The notes beneath the pieces are model-generated. The model was given only the letters and a program-made list of their open reading frames with translations. It was not told the DNA's origin and did no database searches. A program made the position numbers and the translations under genes. Of a DNA stretch of 64,000 bases, positions 27,426 through 37,718 are shown piece after piece. The stretch's first letter is position 1. Each line of letters begins with the position of its first letter. Source of the DNA: Styela clava (Eukaryota); contig NC_135259.1 of assembly GCF_964204865.1 (NCBI RefSeq), positions 10,478,001 to 10,542,000 on the forward strand, read 5' to 3'.

Positions 27426-29828
27426 TTACATCTATTACTACTTCTCTTCCATTTACGAGACATATTACTCGAACAACAATTCAAAATCTGAGACAGTGTC
27501 CCATTTTGGGGTGAAATGGACACTAAAAATAAGAAAGCATATTGTTTTGTACTGTTAGACTGAAATGAAACAACTTATATCCCAAATAAACACCACTCAG
27601 ATAGTGTATAAATCTGACCAATTTTTATTTTGTAATTGCATAACCACAGAGCCTACGATAAAAAATTAAAAAATCACCCCCCTAATTGTTATGACGTCAT
27701 GAAGTTTATTTCGAGCTCCCACAAGCAATCATCTGCGCAGTCGAACTATGCAAACGCCCTTAAAACCTCATGAGGTAAAGTAAAAAAGCAAACAAATTGT
27801 TTATTACCTTATACTTGGTGTTTTGGTCCCACAATTGACGTTGAAACTGAATATGATAGTAAATACCCACTTTTTCGCCCCTCCAAAATCGACCCCTTCA
27901 GAAAATCGCAAGCATGTTGACGAGATTTGCGGCAATGGCGACGTATTCGCTTCAGCGAAACTATGCTTAGTTACGTAACAAACGAGCAGTGAAACCGCGG
28001 CCGTAGCTCTTTTGGTGTCGCTGTAGGATCAAATCGAAAAAAGGTGTTCGCATTACCCCGCCTGTCCGTTCTCCCCCGACCTACTATATCTATAATTTCA
28101 TGGAGGGTACAATATATTGAGATTATAGTCTTTTCAAACCCAGTGAGTGACTGGCTGACTGCACGATCGTTAACTGGAAAAAGTGTGAAACGAAAACATT
28201 TTTGAGTGATTGGATCACATCAGTACTATATTGGCAATACATAACACGCGACCATGATTCATTGAATGCAATGTGAGAGGCGTAGGATAGATGATTGTCG
28301 GAAATCCTTTCCCAAACATCGTCACAATGAAGCGTGGCTTTCTCGGATATTTTGGCCGCTCAAAATATTTTTCTATCAAGATTGTGCTTCGTCTACTCGC
28401 AGAAGAAATTTTAATATGACTAGAAAAGATTAGTTGTGTATTTGATAGAAGAAATATTTATATATATATATGGGAAAGCTTAGATATATATTGTTATGTG
28501 TAGCAAACGGAAATCACTTAAAATAATACTGAAATTATGGAACCAGTTTCGATAATACAGTTTTCGTACGGCATGGGTGAATATCTCAGAAGCTAAATAA
28601 GTTGAAGTGTATCAAATATATCTAGCCTCAGTATTACGAAACTAATATCCCCGACCTTTCAAATTAGATATTGGCCTTTGTTTCCGGCAGCTTTTCGTCC
28701 TCATTGAAATTGAGTGCTAACTTTGTGTGGTAATTTGGGTACGATTGGTTCTTGCTGCAGACGAAAATAAGCTTGACATGACTTCATTGACGAGTGAGGC
28801 GTGCAAAGCAAGGAAGGATAGATATAGTCATTTTGATTTCGTGATAAAAATCACGAATTTGTAATCATTTCTCGCCCATGTATTTGAGTCTGTCCTCGAT
28901 GCCTCGGGTTTACTTGATTGCAAATTGACCCCTTTGAAAGATTGTTTCGCTTGTAATAAATGATATTTTCAGCTCTTTTTACCCGTTGCGAGGGCGAATA
29001 TCAGTATTTTTTACAGCATGTGCATCATGCCCATACGTTGAACGAGAAAATAAATAATAGAACGTCGTGGTCCGAACCATGTTATTTGTGCAATCAATAC
29101 TCCCGACCCTGGTTTTATATTACTAAACCTGTGGGAATTGTTGTTGATGATGTTTTATGGCTTATATAGTATTATTGATAATTTGTGAAAATGATTTTAT
29201 GGCTAAAGTCGGTCGTTTTTCCAAATTTCGATCCGGTACTGAGCTAAAAAGTGACGCGACTTACTACTTTTGTCGTGACATAATCTTGATATTAAGAGTC
29301 AATTGTAAACAGTATTATACTGGTTCTTATAGTATTTTTGTGGCATTGACCAATGAGAAATAAAAATGCCACCCTTGGTCCTTTTTGAAATTTCGATCAG
29401 GTACGAATTTAAAACCCGATGCGGCTTACAAGCGAAAACAGCATTATACTATACGCATCAATTTCTATTCGCTTATCACTTTCATCACGTATAAACGGCT
29501 CCAATTCTCGTGTCAATGCGAAACCATATTTCGTTTTTTATATAAATATCCGGCAGTTCATTTCATACATTTGGATAATGAGGATTCTTGCGAGTGAATT
29601 CTTAGTGAGAGCTAGTAGACCTTGAATGAATGAATGCCAAGAAAATGATTCAATCACCGGATATTTGGAACGATTGATATCAACTGCATATTGTTTTAAA
29701 CATATGCTTATTATAATGTTCGACGTTTATAAAATACGCTGTCGTTCATATTCTTAGCTATTGTAAATTTGAAAGGAATAAAACTCCTTAGAAAATATTG
29801 GAACGGTTCAGAAGAAAATATTGCTAAC

Positions 29829-32800
29829 ATGGACTCTTATGCTGAACATAACTTTCAATGGTATAATTATAAACGTCCCACATTCTGTGATCATTGTGGG
29901 GGTCTGCTGGTTGGTGCGACGAAACAAGGGAAGAGGTGCAGGCGTGAGTAAAATATATACGGTATTTATGTTGTACAATGATGAAATTTTAATCCGCAAG
30001 AAAAAAAATCTGTGAATACCAAGCGATCTTATACGCGGGGCTGACTCGGGTAGAATATTTGTAGAGTACTCGTTTTTATTTTTCAAAAAACAACACAATT
30101 ATTATGATATTCATATTACTTCAATTACTATATGACATTTCAGGGCGCTCCAAAAGTGTGTGTACCAATATGGGGGTAACTAATTTTGTTCGCCTACTTT
30201 ACATCAAATTGTGTAAAGGGAGTGGAACTTATGGGCAGGGGGTATATTCACTTGGCTAACATAGACAGTCCCCGAACTCGTAATAGAACTAAAATATCGA
30301 AAATCGGAATAAAATTATGGCCTGACACGAACCTGGTACATACACTGCGGGAGTGGTGTGCATATATATTTTAGTACTTTTGACTACCATGTATACAATT
30401 TAGGGTGCGATCTCGATATTCACGAAAAGTGCGAAGAAATACTTGAAAAACCCTGCATTGAGTTGGTAAGTCAGATATCTACTTGTCCCCACCATCCCAT
30501 ATTCTTTTCTCTTCCTCCACCTTTGTGGCAGAAAACAGCGACAGTGGAGTGAGTAATATCAGTTTCTAATAAATAATTCATATGGAACCAGCCAGTTTGC
30601 AAATCAAAAAAATAATTTGCAATAATATGAGATACCATTTCACGGATTCTTTTGAACCGTTCATCACTGCATTTCAAACGCGTTCCTTAGTATAGCGCAT
30701 GGTGTTTGAAATGAAAGTGTTGAAATAATATTAAAAAGGTTGCCTTAAAGCCAGTCTGAATATGAATGCCTCCTCAGACTAGTGCTTCCTTTTTCTGTTA
30801 CAATACATGACGTACACTTTGCAGTGTAGCGTCGCTTTTCGCTCAACTCAGTCTCAAATACACTCAAAATAGATGAAATCTAAATTCTATTATGCGTGTT
30901 GTTGATTCTAGCTTCGATAAAAAGATTCAAAATTCTGGCCTTTTATTATTTATTTGCCCAGGTGACAGGACATCACAACTTTCGAGAAAAGACTTTCACA
31001 CAACTAACATACTGTGACTTTTGCAAGAATTTGTTGGTTGGATTTATCAGACAGGGAATGAAATGCTCAGGTTTTTTCGAATTTATTTTCAATGGAAATC
31101 GGGATATATTTATTCTATCTTCTTATAACGTTTGTAATAGTCAGAACTCAATTGTTTGTAGTTTCATACAAAGTTACATTTTATGTTTTATAGGGGCGAT
31201 TAAACATTTTTATCTTATTGATTACATTTGTTGATATGCTAGCTGTTTCTTGGCTACTCTTAAAATAATTATCATGTTCTCTTTTCAATGCTACTTGATA
31301 ATCACAAAATGTATATCTAAAATCTACCCAATTCATTTTAAATATGCCGTGGATGACGTAGAGAGGTACCAACATCATATTGATATATTACATTAGCGAT
31401 TTACATATATATATAATATACTTCATTATTCTCCTCCGATCCTCAAATACGCTTGAAAGACGTGACATGCTTATGGCATTGTGAAATATTTGTATTGTTA
31501 GCTGTCCAATTTGTCGAAACTGAAGAATTGTTGATTTCCCCCTTGCCGACACAATTTTTTTCATCGATTTAACGAATGGCAGTGAAAGTTTAAACAATAA
31601 CAGTTATGTATAAAAATGAATATATATATATATATATGACGATGACCGTACATTTGAATCCATGTGTATATCGCGGGTTCAATCAATAGGCGGGTGCTAA
31701 AACCCATGGGTTAGGTTAGTATGGGTACAAATATCCGTAAAACCAAAAAAAATTCCATAGGTGCAATGGCATGCAGCTGCAATTGTCGTGGGTTCAAATG
31801 TAATGGAACCATATATGACCCCGGTAAAATAACTCTTTATTTTCTCAAAGAATGTGGAGCGAATGTGCATGAAAAGTGCCAAGAAAAAGTTGAAGCCTTC
31901 TGCAGACAAACACAAAGCAGATTAAACAGAGAAACTGTGTAAGTAAATCATTCTTTGGTTTTTGAAAGGAATAAGCACATCAGTAAATAACATTTGCTTT
32001 AGGTTACTCATCTTTTTTATTTTACAAAGGCTCATTAGCTTCTAAAATGCTAAATAATGGTAGCTAATCAGATATGTCCAAATGAGAACTATTACTGTCG
32101 CGTTTCATAACCTACACAATATCTTTAAACAATTCATTTTGCGTCATCCAAAGAGTTTATTTAATTAAATTATCCATATTTTTCTTAATTTAGGCCGAAA
32201 ACTAAACCACCACGATCGCCATCGCCGAGGCCGAAATCGCCACTACCGCCAAGTGAATTTCGTGTTGACCAACCTGCCGATTTTCAAGTAATGAAACCAA
32301 AATCACGGACTCCTTCAGTAAGCAGATACTCAGATGATATGGATTCTTATCCAGAATGTGATCACGGTATATACATTAATGTGACGCTAAGGTTTTTTAT
32401 TCTGAAGAATTTTTTTTTAGTGAGTCCACGAGGATATGATAACATCAGCTTTTAAAGATATAAAAACGATTATCTCTAGAATTTAGCTTAGACATTTTAT
32501 TTTTATATATATGTACAAGGTTTTGTACGCTTTTCACTCCAAAAAAATCATGAACTCCTTGGTAAGGCGCTACCATACTTTGAAAAAGCTGGACTATTTG
32601 CGGTTCATATTGATTCTCCAATATACTACATCATAGATATTACGATATATGATTACTTGTTTTTTTATATTCAACCTACGATGCAACAATGATAAGAGCG
32701 GCGCTTCAATCACTAAACCATTACACCCAGAAATTAAATAAGTATGTATGGAAAATAAAATGCAATAGGAAGACTTGTAAACGCTTTTTAAGATTCTATT

Positions 32801-33840
32801 GGCACTTCATCTTTGAGCCGACAGGCGTCTTCTACAACTGGTGCATCAAGTCGCCATGATTCAACAAATACACCTAACACATCGTATCCCTCAACGTCGA
32901 GTGAAGAGCCAAACAAAATTGAACAAATGAAGCAAACGGTTCGTACCAAATTCGAATACTAGCATAAACAGTGCGTTCTTTGTATGTCCTACCTCTCCAA
33001 CTCTAAAGTAGTTTCACAAATTATTTCTCATTCTAGGTCGACGATGTGTTCGGAATAATGAAGAATACCTTCAACTCTGCTCTTCATAGGGGAGAAAATT
33101 TGGACAAGTTGCAAGTTGGTATCAAAATAAAAATAACTTGAATCGACCCGTCATCGTAATATGAACAACAACGTATCTAGCAGAAAACAAATATTTGTAA
33201 CTGTATCTTCTACAGCAGTGGTTCTCAAACTTTTTGAGTCGCGCACCCTTTCTAGAATTTGTGAAGTCTCGCGCCCCACCTCAAAAATAACTAGCTAACA
33301 ATAGCTACAAATAATAGATAGTAAGGCAAAAGTATGTTTTAATAAAAAAACACGTGAATGGAATGTAAATATCCAAAATAAAGAAATGTAAATATCTAAA
33401 ATAAGTCGGAAATATCAAATGTAACAAATATTTTTTCTTTTAATTAGCTTAACCCCTCCTCAAAAAATTGTCTACGCCCTCCTACGTTTGTTTCTTACTA
33501 TATATCGAATTCTCAGTAAAATTGTTAAATTCATTCCATTCTATATGCAGATATGACTCGTGCTTTGATATTGACTAAAACAAATTAATGATTTCCAAAC
33601 TCTATTGTGTATATTTTAGTTTAAGTTATGCATAACATGGTATAGATTGCACATTCCATTCTACAGAAAAAGTCAAAAGATTTGGAGGAGAGAGCTAATC
33701 TTCTGGAAAAGACAGCCAAAAAAGTAAAATACAAGATGATGTGGAAAAACTACAAACTATGGGTCGCCTTAGCTGTTGCTGCCATTATACTAATTGTTAT
33801 TATATCTGTTGCTGTGGTATTTAGTAAAAAGACTTCCTAA
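29829..33840 (+). CDS. Tandem C1-domain / R-SNARE (synaptobrevin/VAMP-like) tail-anchored fusion protein, copy 1, 8 exons, 314 aa
   Basis: Exons 29829-29943, 30404-30465, 30962-31070, 31851-31938, 32194-32366, 32793-32938, 33037-33114, 33667-33840. All introns are GT-AG with compatible phases, totalling 945 nt. Two complete C1 patterns H-x12-C-x2-C-x13-C-x2-C-x4-H-x2-C-x7-C. SNARE motif [66 protein letters not shown] segment [22 protein letters not shown]. Confidence 0.85.
30143..30357. mobile_element. MITE-like element in intron 1 of C1-VAMP copy 1 (left-truncated counterpart at about 38003-38224)
   Basis: Imperfect inverted ends gcgctccaaaagtgtgtgtacca ... tggtacatacactgcgggagtg. No clear TSD. 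Confidence 0.5.
31641..31810. mobile_element. Mutator(MULE)-like MITE with 9-bp TSD, present only in duplication unit 1
   Basis: TSD atatatgac at 31632-31640 and 31811-31819. Imperfect TIRs GATGACCGTACATTTGAA / TTCAAATGTAATGGAACC. Empty site in unit 2 near 39495. Same family as 61748-61934. Confidence 0.85.
33216..33482. mobile_element. Truncated hAT/Charlie-type MITE in the last intron of C1-VAMP (counterpart at about 40912-41178)
   Basis: Starts with CAGTGGTTCTCAAAC, a typical Charlie-type TIR, after ttctacag. Right TIR not found. Confidence 0.55.
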
Positions 33841-34387
33841 CTGAAATGCAATTTGTCTGCACGGAGTCTTTTTAATTTTCAGCGTTTGCGATTTTGTTCT
33901 GAATGGGATTTGAGGTCACTCTTGGGGATAATATATTTGGAATTATACCAGTTCCACTTCGTCTATCCCAATTTTTTACTAACACTTCGTGATGTTGAGT
34001 ATAGATAGAGAAACATTCAGATAACAGGTTGCCAATGCTCCCATGTTCTCCATTTCTTACCCCGTAAGGATGGTGTCAAATTATAGCAGATTATACCAAG
34101 ACCATAATAACCACGGTAAAATAAGAACAAGACAAATTTCCAAACAAAGAAGTTCAGTTACCTCAAAGAAAAGGTCGAAAAGCTTATCGAACATTACACC
34201 AATGCGTGAATAAAAAGTTGTTCTGAAATACATTGCTTATATCTACATGAGGCATGACCCTAATTGCTGACAAATAAATTGATTAAAAAATAATATTTAA
34301 TTTTATGCAATAAATGGGTCTACGATAGAAAAAGATTTAAAAATAGTAAAAGAAAGAAATTATTCTTAGATTCGGCATTGCTTAGAT

Positions 34388-34977
34388 CAGGGTTCCCAAA
34401 GTTGACCGCGGGTCAAATTTCGAAGCAGAAGGATATTCGCGGGCCAGAAACGGGGAGCAGCAAAAACGGCTGGGGTTCAGGAAATTTTGAAAAATAGTCA
34501 CTAAAATAGGTTGCAAGCTTGATTTTATATACACCCAGCATAGCAGTTTGTTTTGTAATAAAATTAATAATTATAATAGTCAGGTGATAGAATACCCGAG
34601 GAATAACAAGCACGACTTTCAACAAGGAATTTGTAACTGATAGTCACCAATAAAGTTACTTGCTCATTTTGCATACTTGGCTACTTATGGTTTGTTTTGT
34701 TACACAAAAAACATCCCAATGTATATAATATAAATATAAAAAAACGAAATTCCAACATTATTAATTGTGTATTTTTGTACAAACGTGTAATTCGGGTTGG
34801 CTCGAAATCAGATGTTCAAAACGTGGCTTCAGTTCATTACATTGTATCCACAACAACGCATTCAATTGATTATCTGCCAATCTGGACCGAAGTTTTGATT
34901 TGTTCGTTTTCTGAAATCGTTAAGCCATTTTAAATCGTTACGCAGGCCGTAATTAACCCGCGGTTTGGGAACGCCTG
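34388..34977. mobile_element. hAT/Charlie-type MITE (590 bp), unit 1
   Basis: TIRs CAGGGTTCCCAAA / TTTGGGAACGCCTG. 8-bp TSD gcttagat / gctcagat. Confidence 0.8.
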
Positions 34978-37718
34978 GCTCAGATAAATTAGTATAGCTA
35001 CATATTTCACAATCTTTTCGTGAAATAAAGGAATTATTAGGGTGGAAACTGTCCAATTAATTTTAATTAGTATATTTTGAGTCTTCAAATTTAGAAAAAT
35101 CCAGTCTTTCGCTTGTATTTAATAACACTGTAAACGGAAAATATCTGAGACGAGAATTATTGACCCTGTTAAAAAAATAAATACCTGTTGAAAATGTTTT
35201 GAACCGGTTAAATTAAAAAACGGAATAAAAAATTAAAGAAAATGAATAATACATACATCTCGTTTATTTTTGTATACAATTGACGCAAAACAATCATTGC
35301 GTTCAAAATGTCAACATTTAGCTGATTTTGACTTTTGTATAAAAAAATAAACATAGCAAAAAATGACCCCTGTCATTACCACAGATGTCGGTCTAATTGC
35401 GCGAGTAGAAATGTGAAGGTTTCCACATTTCATTTTCCAAATTGTATTCAAAATGCTTTCAAGAATTCTGAATAAACACATACATACAAATCAATTCCGC
35501 TGGATCAATTGGTAGACCGTAAAATGTCATATTCATTCCAGGGGGAGGAAACCCGATAGATGACTTAATCATATGGCGAATCACTGGTCACGGCCTTTTC
35601 TCCAATGACCAGTTCATGTCGGGCATGATAGATAGATTGTTTTGCAAACACCGCAATGCACACAAATTAAAACTTGAGAATTCTAGAGAGCGAGCAAAAC
35701 ATTCAAACAAGTTAAAGCATGATAGATATAATGTTCCCGCTCACCTGCACACTCACAAAACATACAAGAAACACAAACCTATTTAAACAATAATAATAAT
35801 AACCAATTCATTCTGATACAGTATATGAGCATTAACCGTCTTAGACTTAGAGGGATGCAAATATGAAATTCAATTTTCAATCTTTTCGTCAGTGCGTCAA
35901 TTCCATATGAAATAACTGTACCACACAATCAAACACTTTGTGTCAGAAATCATCACAAAATATGTCAATTATACCAAAATTTCTACATTTCAGGCCATTT
36001 TTTATAAACCATCAAAAACCTGGTTGAAATTTAAAATTGTTCGATGAAATGAATGCAGTCCAATAAAATTCCAATGTCTTTTGATATCAAAAATAAAATA
36101 AAATTACTTTCACTACACTTTTTAAAAAATTGATGGAACTCAACTTTTGCTTGGAATGGCGCATAACATGTCGCTGTAAAAGGCTATGGTAACCTAAAAT
36201 TTGCGCTTTCGTGTTAGCAAACTCATCCACCATCTTCGTCATATCATTTTTTTCAAAAATCAGTAGCTTACCTGTTATAATTGTCGTGTAAGTTTTGGAA
36301 GAAAATTCATTCGCGCGGGCGCCATCACTTTTGGAGATTGAACACGCATCTGGTTTTCTACCGATACCACCGGTGCTAGGCCTAATTTCTCCTCAGTTAC
36401 GTTCGGTATTAATTGTTTCAATTTTGGTTATATTTCGTTTATCTTGGTTACTTTAATTACTTTAATCGTAATTTCGCCGGTGCGATCAAACCACACGACG
36501 CCGAAAATCAACGACTCCGGCATTGTTACGTAATAAAACGATTTGGGCAGAACTAACATCAACATTTATAGGATGTGCATTACTGCTTTTGCGGCTTGAA
36601 TTTCTAAATTTTAACCGCTTGGGGCCCCTTTTCGCTGTGCCCAAAAATTCCAGCCCGAAATTTCATATTGAGGGGTATATTGAGCATATGGGGTTAATTG
36701 AGTACAATGTATAAAAACCTCGCTAACTTTTTTGTATGTTGAGTGAATGGTTTGTACTTTGTAGCGACAATATTTCATATCCTATGCTTGCGTATAACTC
36801 ACTTACCTACCAATGATAAAATTATTTTAGATGTTTGTATGTGAAATTTTGTTCGTGAAAAAAATTGTTTTGGAAACTTTCACGGGACACTTTTCTGATA
36901 GTATATTTTAAACTTTTTGTGATGCCTTTTAGTACCCTAGTAAAGACTCTCTTTGCCCCAGTAGATAATTTTTGTGTAACTCATTGACTTTTTGTTGTAT
37001 TGATGTTTGAAAAAATCGAGGTGGCTCATATAGTATTAATGATATTTTGTTAAAATGATTTTATGGCCAAATTCGGTCGTTTTTCCAAATTTCGATCCGG
37101 TACTGAGCTAAAAAGAGACGCGACTTACAACTTTTGTCGTGACATAATCTTGATATTAAGAGCCAATTGAAAACAGTATTATACTGGTTCTTATAGTATT
37201 TCTGTGGCATTGACCAATGAGAAATAAAAATCCCACCCTTGGTCTTTTTTGAAATTTCGATCCGGTACGAATTTAAAATCCGATGTGGCTTACAATTTTT
37301 GCCATCCTAGTATTGAAGCCGAGCGAAAACAGCATTATACTATACGCATCAATTTCTATTCGCTTATCACTTTCATCACGTATAAACAGCTCCAATTCTC
37401 GTGTCAATCTCAAACATATTTCGTTTTTTATATAAATATGCGGCAGTTTATTTCATACATTTGGATAATGAGGATTCTTGCGAGTGAATTCTTAGTGAGA
37501 GCTAGTAGACCCTGAATGAATGAATGCCAAGAAAATGATTCAATCACCGGATATTTGGAACGATTGATATCAACTGCATATTGTTTTAAACATATGCTTA
37601 TTATAATGTTCGACGTTTATAAAATACGCTGTCGTTCATATTCTTAGCTATTGTAAATTTGGAAGGAATAAAACTTCTTAGAAAATATTGAAACGGTTAA
37701 GAAGAAAATATAGCTAAC

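Larger units (their letters stand above)
24272..28086 (-). mobile_element. pogo/Tigger-like (Tc1/mariner superfamily) DNA transposon, internally deleted
   Basis: Imperfect TIRs TAGTAGG..ACGGACA at both ends, flanked by TA (24270-71, 28087-88). Subterminal repeats of the gggtaaaacggacac type. Minus-strand remnants of HTH_psq + CENP-B-type HTH, a C-terminal PxPKA..ILTS..K motif and a PHD-like finger. Confidence 0.8.
29158..37021 (+). repeat. Tandem segmental duplication, unit 1 (about 7.9 kb)
   Basis: Colinear, high-identity match to 37022-45620, from tggcttatatagtatt to gatgtttgaaaaaatcgagg. Confidence 0.95.

Noticed and set aside
29215-29430. Two similar units of about 45 bp (aaatttcgatccggtac..) upstream of C1-VAMP, superficially CRISPR-like
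   Set aside because: Only two degenerate units about 175 bp apart in a eukaryotic genome. More likely an old repeat or a local duplication.
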